From positions 8,968,221 to 9,000,831 of the forward strand of contig NC_057719.1 of the NCBI RefSeq assembly GCF_004010195.1: DNA of 32,611 nucleotides. Direction: 5' to 3'. Made by a program: the position numbers and the translations under genes. This DNA is from Chiloscyllium plagiosum. Taxonomy: Eukaryota. Shown here in pieces: positions 21,007 to 31,995 of the stretch (its first letter is position 1; each line of letters starts with the position of its first letter). The notes beneath the pieces are model-generated. The model did no database searches, was not told where the DNA came from, and saw nothing but the letters and a program-made list of their open reading frames with translations.

Positions 21007-21335
21007 GGGGCGGCAATGGTGACTCAGTGGTTAGCACTGCTGCCTCACAGCACCAGGGACCCGGGTTTGATCCTACCCTTGAGTGGCTGTATGGAGTTTG
21101 CACATTCTCCCCGTGTCTGTGTAGGTTTCCTCCTGGTGCTCCGGTTTCCTCCCATAGTCCAAAGATATACAGGTGAGTTGGATTGGCTGTGCTAAATTGC
21201 CCAGGGATGGGAAGGTTAGGTGGATTAGCCATGGGAAATGCAGAGTTACAAGGATGAGTTGGGGTGTGATGCTCTTCAAAGGATCAGTGTGGACTCGGGC
21301 CAGAAGGTCGGCTTCCATACAGTGGAGATTCTAAT
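21007..21335 (+). mobile_element. HE1 V-SINE, near full length
   Basis: cagtggttagcactgctgcctcacag..ggagtttgcacattctccccgtgtctg..ttccatacagtggagattcta. Confidence 0.9.
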
Positions 21336-21512
21336 TCCACTTGTTATAAAGGCCAACATGCCATTAATCTTGTTGAGTATGCATTCCGGGCAGTATGGTG
21401 ATTCCAGGCCCTTTCACCATCCACTGCTGGCTGACCTGATTTGGTCCCCAAGCTAGCAATGCCATTTGATTCTAAAAGTCTTTGATCTATGTTTAAATCT
21501 CTCCATGGCCTC

Positions 21513-21636
21513 TCCCTTCGTCAGGAAGGGCATTTGCCCGAAATGTCGATTTTCCTGTTCCTCGGATGCTGCCTGACCTGCTGTGCTTTTCCAGCACCAC
21601 TCTGGTTTCCAGCATCTGCAGTCCTCACTTTTGCCT
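21513..21636 (+). mobile_element. Penelope-like pLTR (P1) with a tiny inverted 5' arm
   Basis: cccttcgtcagga (reversed core) joined to agggcatttgcccgaaatgtcg, ending in the tail ccagcatctgcagtcctcactttt. Confidence 0.75.
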
Positions 21637-22125
21637 ACAATTTATTTATAGACTACCAAACAAAACATGAACAACAGAGAATAGATTATGGAATAATTTA
21701 ACCTGATTGAAAACCCAACTAACTCTATTGCAACTTAGTGATGTTGTTCCAATTTCCCGCAACATCCCCCTAAACGCATCCCTTGGCAGAAAAGGTAAAT
21801 TCAAACTGAAGTTCTTACAGAAGAGATGTGAGAGAGAGGATCAGCCAGGGGTCATTTGCTGAAGCATGCAACCTCTTTTCATTGTAGCTGCTTCTTTGTC
21901 CCCAACAGTTTCCAACTGGGAAAAAAAACCTAGAGAAATCCCTGAACTGGGAGAACTGGCCACTCTCCTTTCATTAACAACTGTTTTAAAAAAAACCTAA
22001 AGACCTCTCCTGATTGTTGCCTTAGGCGGTATCTGGTAGCCATGCCAACACCTCAGCCTTTTACAACCCCTTTTGCAAACAGACAAAGAACAACATAATC
22101 TTGTTAAAGGAGCACCATCGCCACA
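21637..22125 (-). mobile_element. truncated Gypsy-like LTR related to 8141-8799
   Basis: The minus strand starts TGTGG. It shares ttttttttaaa, gaattt/atct-ccttt..ggg..gttta and aataaattg blocks with the solo LTR and breaks off at the PLE. Confidence 0.6.
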
Positions 22126-22248
22126 CTGTGGGGAACAGGAAGGAGATACAACAAAGGTTACTGGCACCGATTCAACTTAAATTGTCCCAAGGAGCTTCAG
22201 AAGACAATAGTCAGACCAAACTTTGGCTCAAACTATGCAAAGAGATAT

Positions 22249-22450
22249 TTAGAATTACAGAATCCCTGGAAGCAGGCCATTCAGTCCATCAAGTCCACAG
22301 CAACCTTCTGAAGAGCATCCCAATACCCTCCCTGTAACATTGCATTTACCATGGTTAATCGACCTAACCTGCACATCTTTGGAAGGAAACAGTTGCCCGA
22401 GGGTGGAATCTAACCTGGGACCCTGGCTAACCACTGAGCCACTTTGCTGT
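22249..22450 (-). mobile_element. internally deleted HE1 SINE
   Basis: Tail agaattacagaatccctggaagcaggcc, acctaacctgcacatctttgga and gctaaccactgagcc. Confidence 0.8.
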
Positions 22451-22525
22451 CCCCTACCCCCTGTGCTGTCCCCTACCCACGTGCTGTCCCCTACCCCCTG
22501 TGCTGTCCCCTACCCAACATGCTGT
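22445..22525. repeat. 18-19 bp minisatellite, about 4.3 copies (tgctgtcccctacccnnn)
   Basis: Units start at 22445, 22464, 22482, 22501 and 22520. Confidence 0.95.
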
Positions 22526-22919
22526 TGACTACATTCGGATCCAGGGTGCGAAGCTTGGACAAAGAGGTGGGTTTGAAGGGGGAAGGAGACTTGGAGTGGC
22601 CTAGAAAGGAATTCTTGAGTTTATATTCCGGTGTTCAATGGGTCGTTCTTGAAGAGCTGTGGGGCTGGAAGGTGTTACAAGGGGAAAGGGAAGGGTAAGA
22701 GCCATAGAATGATCAGACAACGGATTGATGGATAAACCTGACACAGGCTGGGGCATGGGTAGCAGATGATTGAATGAATTGAGGTTTACAGGTGTTGAAA
22801 GGTGACCAAGAGAGCACTGGAAATGAAGGTACGCATAGGAAATTGGCAAGGGCACTTCAATAGGGATCAATGTAATGTACTGCACTTAGGAACAGACAAG
22901 AGTGCTGACAGATTAATGG

Positions 22920-23150
22920 GAAAATACTGAATATACTGGAATAGTGAGAGAACATGTTGGAAACTGTCAGCTTGTCAGACTCCATCTGCGCAGCGAGGAA
23001 GCTCAGGTTAAACCCCTCAGACAGGAATCAGGCAATTGACCTGTAACCCTGCTTCTCTCTTCCCACAGATCTCTCCTGGCCTGCTGTGCATTTCCAATGT
23101 CAGTTCTCTCTTCATTCTCATTTCCAACATCAGTATTATTTTGATTTTAA
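22920..23150. mobile_element. very old fold-back PLE remnant (P5-like)
   Basis: aaaatactgaatatactggaa at the left mirrors ttccaacatcagtattattttg at the right, with internal ctggcctgctgtgcatttcca. Confidence 0.45.
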
Positions 23151-23732
23151 CGAGTGGGAAAGAACAATCCTAGCTTCCTAACAGACGACACTTCAAGACA
23201 TCCAGTCGACATCAAAACTAAAACACCAAGTGTTGCAGGAGTGAACTGAAAAGTAAATCAAAGGCAGTCACCTTACCATTACAGAGAGGCCTTGCCTACA
23301 CTTGAACAGACAGCTTGGCAACCCATACAGTAGCAAAGACACAGCTCGACAAGGAAGCTTCAAAAAGCAAGATCTGCCTGAATGATGAAACAGCTCCCAG
23401 GATAAAAGATACAGGGGGAGACTCACACATCTGTGAATTGAGGTTGGAAAAGACAAGTCTAGAATGGTCATGGATTCAAAGTTTCAATGCAGTCAGAAAA
23501 CGAGAATGGGATCAAAGCTGTTCACGTTGATATGGGACAGCAGAACTAGCAGAGAAGAGTTAAGCTGTCAAGTGGATTCAGAGAAGAAAGAATCCTTAAC
23601 TGAGAAAGTAGATAGCTGCTGGAATACCTTCCAAATGTGTTCTCGGGCGGTGGGCTGATTAAGGGTATCGATTTTTGTTTCAAAAGGGCTCTTGTGGAAC
23701 AGTGCTGGTGCCCCTGCCTCTGGTACCAAGTA

Positions 23733-23927
23733 GGGGAAAGTGAGCACTGCAGATGCTGGAGATCAGAGTGGAAGAGTGTGGTGCTGGAAAAGCACAGCAG
23801 GTCAGGCAGCATCCGAGGAGCAGGAGAGTCGACGTGTCAGGCTAAGCTCTCATGAAGGGATTATGCCTGAAACATTGATTCTCCTGCTCCTCAGATGCTG
23901 CCTGGCCGGCTGTGCTTTTCCAGCATC
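23733..23927. mobile_element. fold-back Penelope-like mini-insertion (P1)
   Basis: A reverse pLTR with tail (gaaagtgagcactgcagatgctgg) joins at about 23851 to forward tgaagggattatgcctgaaac..ttttccagca. Confidence 0.85.
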
Positions 23928-24074
23928 AGAAGCCCTGTTTGGGCAGGGTGTGTCCTATCATGGATATTTTGTTACTAATATAACATGGGAATGCTGACTT
24001 AGAGAGCAAAGGTTCACCAAGAGCAGCTTCACAGTGAGTGTTAGCTGAGGAGGAAATTTGTGTTGCTCAGGTGG

Positions 24075-24555
24075 CATAGAGTCAAACAACATGGAAACAG
24101 GCCCTTTGATCCAACCAGTCCATGCCAATAATAATCCCAAACTAAACTAGTCCCACCTGCCTGCTCCTGACCCATATCCCTCTAAACTTTTCCTATTTAT
24201 GTGCTTATCCAAATGTCTTTTAAACATTGTAACTGTACCCGCATCCACCACTTCCTCTGGAAGGTCATTCCACACATGAATTACCCTCTGTGCAAAAGAT
24301 TTGCCCCTCATATCTTTTTTAAGTCTCTCTCCTCTCACCTTAAAAATGTGCCCCTTAGGCTTGAAATCGCCCATCCTAGGGAAAAGATAATTAACATTAA
24401 GTCTATCCATACCCCTTCATTATTTTATAAACTTCTATAAGGTCGACTCTCAACCTCCTATCCTCCAGTGAAAAAAAGCCCCAGCCTATCCAGCCTTTCT
24501 TTATAACTCAAACCTTCCATACCCGGCAACATCCTGGTAAATCTCTTCTGAACTC
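24075..24555 (-). mobile_element. HER1/CR1 LINE 3' end
   Basis: ORF 24147-24410 reads LFPRMGDFKPKGHIFKVRGER..FAQRVIHVWNDLPEEVV, followed by the tail. Confidence 0.9.
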
Positions 24556-24779
24556 TTGCTCTCTTTCAAAGACTGGCCTAGGCCTTTCCGAACTTCACCT
24601 AATCAGGCATGCAGGTCCTCATTTCATCATTTCACACACAGAAGAACAGACTCCTCCACACTGTGCTCACTCAGTGCGAACACTGGTACATGGATAGGAT
24701 CTTTGTGACCCACTGATAGCATCCATACCATTGGGGTAAAATGTTTGGGTTGAACTCCCAACTGGTACAGAGTGCTCAT

Positions 24780-25062
24780 GGGAAGGCAGTGGTGTCATGG
24801 TCATGTCACTGGGAGCCTGGGGTCAAATCCTTCTGTGACCGATGATGAAATTTGAATCCCCTAATAAGCCAGCTCAATTGTTGGTTTTTGTTAAAAATCC
24901 CTCTGGTTCACTGATGCCCTTTCAGGAAGGAAATCTGCCATCCTCACCTGGTCTAGAATTGCAAGTGATTCCAGACCTACAACAATGCGATTGACTCTTA
25001 ATTACCGTCTGGGAAATAATGGGTTAACCCAGACCAAATCTCATGAGCAATTTGTTTTAAAA
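24780..25062 (+). mobile_element. SINE family B
   Basis: ggcagtggtgtcatggtcatgtcactgg head and ctggttcactgatgccctttcaggaaggaaatctgccatcc core. Confidence 0.8.
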
Positions 25063-25565
25063 AGTGGTGATGTCATGGCAATGTCACTGGGCTAATCATC
25101 GAGAGGCCCCTGGCTTCATAGACTGGGTTTATAGGTTTGAAATGCCATCATGGCAGAGGGTGAAATTTGAAATCATAAAAATATCAAAAAAGCTGGTTGA
25201 AATGTAACCACTGTCAGTTGTCCTAAAACCCCATTGGATTTACAAAGGTGCTATTGGGAAGGAAATCTGCCATCCTTACCTGGTCTGGTCTACATGTGAC
25301 TCTAGACCAACACCAATGGAGTTGACTCTTAATTAGGGATGCATCCGAAGACAGGCAAAATCGACGTTTCAGGCAAAAGCCCTTCATCAGGACGTCGATT
25401 TTGCCTGTCTTCGGATGCTGCCTGAATTGCTGTGCTCTTCCAGCACCACTGATCCAGAATCTGGTTGCCAGCATCTGCAGTCATTGTTTTTCCCTCTTAA
25501 TTAGGGATGGACAATAAATGCTGGCTTCCCAAGTGACATCACATCCTGTGTACAAATTTTTTAAA
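25063..25565 (+). mobile_element. SINE family B (tandem neighbour) with PLE insertion
   Basis: Head gtggtgatgtcatggcaatgtcactgg, core gggaaggaaatctgccatccttacctggtctgg. The tail resumes at 25494. Confidence 0.8.
25342..25493. mobile_element. young fold-back Penelope-like mini-insertion with an intact hammerhead core on the minus strand
   Basis: Perfect 27-bp inverted repeat at 25341-25367 and 25392-25418. Exact 16-bp duplication ctcttaattagggatg at 25326-25341 and 25494-25509. Confidence 0.9.
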
Positions 25566-26539
25566 ATGGACCAGACGAGATTTTTGTGTTTGATTTCCAA
25601 AATGAGACCAGAGCTGCTTAACAGCTTGCATGTGAAATCTTTAGGTCTTACACATACCAGGACTTTAACAGGGGATTGGACATCACCAGTAATTCTCTTG
25701 TCTCCTCCATTTGATCTTGCAGGTTGCTTATAACACATGCCTGGGCTATTGACATATGTTATTCTCTGGTCTGCAGGTATAGGGAGCCCTAGGGAGTTAA
25801 GAAGCCAATGGAAAGATCCATAATTCATAAGCACCTCCATCGCGAAAGGAACGCAGACAGAGCATCAAAATGTCCAAGAGTACGTTGGTACATCTCCAAA
25901 AAGGACATCCCACAACTATGAGAGGTCTTTTGTGGCCCACGTATCAGAATTTCTCCTCACCACTCCATGAAAAGAAAACAAAAATTATGCATTGTAAGAG
26001 GGCTATAAAATCTCAGTAATCTATATCGCTCAGACACAGTGTTTACATTACATGAAAGATCATTATTTTGCAATTTTCTGCATGGAGAGACTGAAAATTA
26101 AAATGGCTCTGACAGCTCTTTGGCACAACATCCACAACAGAGGAAACAGAGAGAATCAGAGAAAACAAGGAATTGCCAGCAAAAAAATGGAGCAACAAGC
26201 AAGAGTTTCTCATTTTCCCCGAATGGAGCATTTTAACTCCATCGCAATTTCTCAATATGATCAGTTATCCAAAGCAAAGGTTCAGGGATTGGTAAAGTAA
26301 AGCATGAAATCCTGTATTTTTGCAGTAAAAGCAGAAGCTAAGATCAAGAAAGAGCTTTACTTGGTCTGGTATCCAGCTACAGAAACAGTAGGATCCCAGA
26401 TTCTGTCCTTTTCTGAAAGAAATCATTGGTGTCCCTGAACATTTTTTAGCATTTACAGGCCATTTCTACCTGCTTTGGTGGAACCAATTGGGTGGTGTCA
26501 GCAGGCAATCAAGACAATGGTATGGCAACTGGATCACAA

Positions 26540-27365
26540 CTACATTACTGACATCTACCCAACAATGTGGAAAATATGTCCTACCAACAAAAGCCTGGCA
26601 CATCCAACCCAACCAATTACCTCCCCATCAGTCCACTGTTGGTCAGTAGTAATGTGCTAGATGGAGTTATTGACACTCATACCAATCAACACTTACTTAA
26701 CAACATCCTGCTCACTAGCTCTCAAGTTTGAGTTACAATCAGGGCCACTTGGTTCCTGACCTCATTCCTATCTTGGTCCAAATATAGACAAAAGGACTGA
26801 ACTCCAGGATGAGGTGAGAGTGATGTCTCCTGACATCAAGGGAGCATCAAAATGAGAGTGGCACCAGAAACCCAAGCAAAACGGGAATCAATAGGGATCG
26901 AGGGATCATTCCCTGCTGGTTGGTGTCATACCTGCGACAAACGAAGATGGTCGCGGTTGTTGGTGGTCAGTCATCTCAGCTCCAGAACATCTCTGCAGGA
27001 GTTCCCCAGGGGAGTGCCTTAGGCCCAACCATGTTCAGCTGCTTCATCAATGACATTCCCTCTGCCATATGGTCAGAAGTTGGGGATGTTCACTGATGTT
27101 CAGCAGCATTCATGACTCTTCAGATACTACAGCTGTCCATGTCCAAATGCAACAAGACCTGTATAATATCCAGGCTTAGGTTGAGAGGTGGCATTCAATA
27201 TTGTGCCACATAAGTGCGAGGCATTGACCATCTCCAACAAAAGTCATTCCAAACATTGCTCATTGAAGTTCAATGACATTATTGTCACTGAATCTCCCAA
27301 CAACACCTTATTGACCAGAAACTGAATTGGACGAGACAGATAAATACTGTGATACAAGACAAAAC
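26540..27365 (+). mobile_element. non-LTR reverse transcriptase fragment (probably LINE family A), pseudogenised
   Basis: NYLPISPL (NYRPISLL motif) near 26615 and GVPQGSALGPTMFSCFINDIPS from 26998, then a frameshifted FTD motif. Confidence 0.85.
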
Positions 27366-27496
27366 AAAGAAATTAACATCAATAAAAACTCCCAGTGGAA
27401 CTGTTGACTTGCATAAAAACCCAATGAAATGCATAAAATGGCAATTGCATCTAGTATCTCTTTATGGATGCCCTTATTTGGGTCTGCTCAATATAG

Positions 27497-27990
27497 TGTC
27501 ATAGAGTCATATAGCACGGAAACAGACCCTTCGGTCCAACCAATCCATAACGACCATAATCCCAAACTAAACCGCTCCCACCTGCCCGCTCCTGGCCCAT
27601 ATCCCTCCAAACCTTTCCTACTCACGCATCTATCTAAATTTTTTTTTAAACATTGTAATTGTACCCAAATCCATCACTTCCTCAGGAGGTTTGTTCCACA
27701 TGCATACCACCTCTGTGTAAAACATTTGCCTCTTTTGTCTTTTTTAAATCTCTCTGTTGTCACCTTAAAAATGTGCCCCTAGTTTTGGAATCCCCCTTCC
27801 TAAGGGGAAAAGACAACTACCATTAACTCTATACCCCTCATTATTTTATAAACTTCTCTCAGATTGCCTCTCAACCTCCTACACTCCAGTGAATAAGTCC
27901 CACCCTATCCAGCTTATCTTTATAACTCAAACCTTCTACATCTGGCAACATTCCAGTAAATCCTTTCTGAACCCTCTCCAGCTTGATATA
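27497..27990 (-). mobile_element. HER1/CR1 LINE 3' end
   Basis: gtcatagagtcatatagcacggaaacagacccttcggtccaacc tail, colinear with 24075-24555. Confidence 0.9.
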
Positions 27991-27991
27991 T

Positions 27992-28182
27992 CCATTCATG
28001 GGATGTGGGCTTCAATGCCTGGGACATCATTTATTGCCCATCCCCAATAGCCTTGTAGAAAATGGTGGTGAGTTGCCTTCTTGAAGTCCTGCTGTCCTTG
28101 GGTTTAAGAGACAGAGTGGTCCAGGACTTCGAACAGCCACACTGAGGAACACAACAAAGTTCAATCAGGATGGTGGGTGACT
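27992..28182 (-). mobile_element. LINE family A 3' tail
   Basis: cattcatgggatgtgggc..catttattgcccatccc..ggtggtgagttgccttcttgaa is the reverse of about 810-900. Confidence 0.75.
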
Positions 28183-29135
28183 TCTAATTAGTGGCACACT
28201 CTATGTTCCCCTACATAGTATTGATTGCAGCCTTGGTGAGTTGCTTCAGTGTATCCTGTGGCCCACTATATCTGCGCCGACCATGATTCTTTCCTAAACT
28301 AACCTGATATGCCTGGGCGTGGTTTGTATCCCTCTGTTTCCTGCCTGTCTAAATGTTGCTATTATATCTGGTTACATTTGCTCAGACAGACTGACCCAAA
28401 CACCAGGATAGCTAAGGTTCAATAGAATCAAACGCAACAATAGAGGACAGAGAGAGAATGAGCATTGTACTATTGGCCGAGTCCCGAGTGCCACAATTCA
28501 TTGAATTGGTTGATGGTTCGTTCAGTGCTGGCAGCTTGTACACAAGCACCCATCTGTTAGTGGCACTCCTGCCACCATCTCCCAGCTGTCAATATGACCC
28601 ACCTCACTCGAATATCATCTCAATATCCTTTGGCAGTGAGGGATGGCGATGACGAGGTGAGAGTATTTTTAGATGCTGCTGTCATGCTAATGAAGTGCAG
28701 CGCAGAGAAGGGAGAGAAAAGACAGACCATTCTGCTTGGCTAACCTGCTGGAAAGGTACCAGCTGCTGCTACCTGGGCAACACTGGGGTTTGTACAGCCC
28801 TCCTGTGAAGCCTATCTTCACAGCCCCATCGTTTCGAGATGTGCTCCGTGGTAGCATTCAGCTCAGATCATTCATGGGTTCAAGCCCCACTCCAGAGGCC
28901 TGACCAGACCCAGTCCCAGTCCCAATCCCAGACTCCTCGTCTACCCCGCCCACTCCTCCATTCACTCCATCTCACCCTCTACCTCGGTCTGTGGAATTCA
29001 GGTACTGGCCTGGCACTGGCCAGGAATTTGGAGAGGGTCTTGGGCTCCAAAGGACGTTGGGATGAAGAGGAGGTGAAGAGTGGTGGTACCTGGTGCCACA
29101 TTTCATGTGAGGCAGGGCAGCGTGGAGGTGGTGTC

Positions 29136-29475
29136 TTTTCATTCATTCAGGATTTGATGGCATTGCTAACTAGCTAGCATTTATTGCCCATCCCTAATTG
29201 CTGAGAGGTCAGTTAAGGGTCTGGAGTCACATGTACACCAGACCAGATAAGGATAGCAGCTTCCTTCCCTAAGTGAAATTAATGAACCAGATGGCTTTAT
29301 CAACAGTCGACAATGGTCATCATTAAACTCTTAATTCCAGATTTTTAAAAAATAAGTTACTGAATTCGAATTCCAATATCTGGCATTACAGGACTCAAAC
29401 CCAGGTCCCCAGAACGTTAGCTGGGCATCAGGATGAACAGTCCAGTGATAACATCATTAGGCCATCACCTTCCTC
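29136..29475 (-). mobile_element. SINE family B
   Basis: gcatttattgcccatccctaattg..gtctggagtcacatgta..cttccttccctaa..ccaggtccccagaac. Confidence 0.85.
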
Positions 29476-30462
29476 TATGCATTTGCGATGTCAAGGCCTA
29501 CAAAGCTCTGGGCCAAGAGTTGGGAAGTGAGATTGGAACAGTGAGGTTCTTGCTTCTGACCAGTGCAGACTTGATGGGCTGAAGGGTCTTTTTTCTGGGT
29601 TTTAGACATCTATGGCTCTAACTCTCAGCTGGTGATACCCAACTTTGGCTGTGAGGTGGTAAAGGTTGTCGCCTGAGCTGAGTACTTCATTGCTACCTAT
29701 CCTCAGCTGTGCTGAGTCAAGGGACGGTCAACTCATCGGTGATAGACCTCACTTGCATCTTAACAACTTGTCTTCCTTAAAAAATGTAGTTTATTGCATT
29801 AGAGCAGTAGGCACAGTTTATATTAATCGCTCGCTCAGATTACCTTGGACTACTGGGAGCACATGCAGGTGGTACCTGCCCCTTTTGGGAACACATGCAG
29901 ATCTCTGCAGTCTCCACCCAATGGCTGTGTGCGACCAGGTGGAGGTTAATACAACATCGACATTCTGAACCAGTCTGTAATGCAAGAGAGGTCACAATGT
30001 GGTTACCGAACCCGCCCCCACCCCCCCCCCCCACCCCACAGCCCACCCCCGCACCCCACCTCACCCTGCTATCGGATTGCAGGGTGCCACCTTCACATTG
30101 ACCACCATGCAGAATTCCCGTCACTGTCTCTGTATTCAGCCTGAGTATTGGAATGACATGGATCATCTGCCTGCCTGCCACTGTGCATTAGGAAGCGACT
30201 GAAGGGATGATGTGCACCGTTTCTCTTTGAATGCTACAGGGACGAAAGCAAAATTAAAACATTTGTTGGAACCCATTAGATCACTGCTGCACGATGCCAC
30301 ATTGTCATTTCCGAGAGAACGGTTTGAAATCTGCCCAGCCGGAGGCGATCAAGCCCTTATCCTTTCTGATGGCTCTTCAGTCTTACAAGTGAAATGTGTC
30401 TTGGCAGCTGCAATCTAGCACACATGAGTCCGTGAAACTAAACTGCCCCCAAATTTAAGGGA

Positions 30463-30679
30463 GACACGCAGGAGGCTGGAAAAACACAGCAAGCCAGGCA
30501 GCATCAGGAGGTGGAGAAGTCGATGTTTTGGATGTGAGCCTTCTTCTTGAGTCCTGAAGAAGATTTACACCCGAAACATTGACCTCTGCACCTCCTCATG
30601 CTGCCTGGCTTGTTATGTTCTTCCAGCCTCCGGCCTGTCTACTTTGGACTCCAGGATCTGCAGTTTTTTATTGTCTCCA
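30463..30679. mobile_element. fold-back Penelope-like mini-insertion (family P4)
   Basis: Arms ggaggctggaa..agcaagccaggcagcat / atgctgcctggcttgt..ttccagcctcc meet at ctgaagaag (30554). 15-bp duplication cccaaattt(a/t)aggga at 30448-30462 and 30680-30694. Confidence 0.85.
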
Positions 30680-30729
30680 CCCAAATTTTAGGGAATAGCT
30701 GTTTGGAAACAATGCATACCATAATTATA

Positions 30730-31205
30730 GTTATAGGAAGGATGTTGTAAAGCAGGAGAGGGTTCAGAATGGATTTACTAGGATGTTGCTGGGAATGGAG
30801 TGTTTGAGTTATAAGAAGAGGCTGAATAGGCTGGGGCTCTTTCACTGGAGTGTAGGAGATTGAGAGGTGACCTCATAGAGGTTTATAAAATCATGAGGGG
30901 TATAGATAAGGTGAATGGCAGGTGTCTTTTCCTGAGGGTGGGAGATTTCAAGAGAAAGGGGCATATTTTTAAGGCAAGAGGAGAAAGATTTAAAAAAGAA
31001 AAGAAGGGCAATTGTTTTGAGTGGTTTGTGTATAGAATGAACTTCCAAAGGAAGTGGTGGATGCAGGTACAGTTACAACATCTAAAAAACATTTGGATAA
31101 GTACATGAAGAGGAAAGTTTTGGAAGGATGTGGGCCAGGAGCAGGCAGATAGGACTAGTTTAGTTTGGGATTATGATTGGCACAGACTGGCTGGTCTGAA
31201 GGGGC
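30730..31205 (+). mobile_element. HER1/CR1 LINE 3' end
   Basis: LGLFSLECRRLRGDLIEVYKIMRGIDKVN, followed by the HER1 tail. Confidence 0.9.
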
Positions 31206-31224
31206 TCTGGCCAACCTGTGTTTG

Positions 31225-31580
31225 AAGCAAACACAGAGTGCTGGAGAAAACTCAACAGGTCTGTCAGCATCTTAAGAGTCCAGAACTGAAGTTCAGACTG
31301 ATGATGATGAAAGGTCACACCAGACTCAAAATATTACCTCAGTTTCACCCTGCACAAATGGTGACAGAGCTGATGAGTTCCCCTGTGTTTGTTTCAGTTT
31401 TCCACCACCTGCAGCATTTTGACTTTCTTACCAGTTTCTACCAATCTTCTGAGGTAGAATCAAACCAGATTCAGAACGTTAACTCTGTACTTCTCTACAC
31501 AAGTAGAGAGACCTGTTGAGTTTCTCCAGCTCTCTGTCTGTTTGTATCAGATATCCAGCTCTGCAGTACTTTGCTTTATT
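31225..31580. mobile_element. P5-type PLE remnants (one fold-back plus a second forward pLTR)
   Basis: acagagtgctggagaaaactcaacaggtct mirrors agacctgttgagtttctccagctctctgt. aacgttaactctg motif as at 16890. Confidence 0.6.
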
Positions 31581-31995
31581 CAAGTGGAATTACTTGATGC
31601 TCTACCTGCATGTCCTCTCACTTTCAAACATGAGCATGCTCCAAAGGGAAAATGTTTAATCAGATTCTTCACTCACATGAACAATTTAAAGATTTTTTTT
31701 TATCTGTTCATGGTGTATTGAACAGTTGGCATATCAGTGAGAGGAACTCAATGGTGTGATGAGTTAGACATCTCCAAGTGGACCTGAGGTTTCAGTCAAT
31801 AAAGGTTAAGGATATTCCCTCCTTCTTCTCTGTTTCTTATTCCTCCTCTCCTCCAATCCTCTCCAGTCTTTCCTTCTTTTAACAGGGTGACCAGATTTTC
31901 ACTGACACGCCCTTGAGGTGATGCTCCCTCATAACTAATGCACAAAAAAAATCCCAATGTTCAAGTGAAGTCCTGAAGAAGAGTTACACCCGAAA

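Larger units (their letters stand above)
22175..22830 (-). mobile_element. old L2-type LINE 3' fragment interrupted by HE1
   Basis: gtcccaaggagcttca..gagatatttag resumes after the SINE as aagcttggacaaagaggtgggttt..ggaattc. A similar tail lies near 11670. Confidence 0.5.

Noticed and set aside
20686..21195. 169-aa ORF
   Set aside because: Chimeric reading across old CR1 fragments, a G-run and an HE1 SINE.
23715..23945. Target-site duplications for the PLE pieces at 23733, 21513, 16792, 2905 and 17150
   Set aside because: No convincing direct repeats found by eye, so none are claimed.
31815..31920. Long pyrimidine tract ending ttttaacag, resembling an acceptor
   Set aside because: The junction reads like a reversed CR1 fragment (tccttc..ggtgaccaga), and no credible exon follows.
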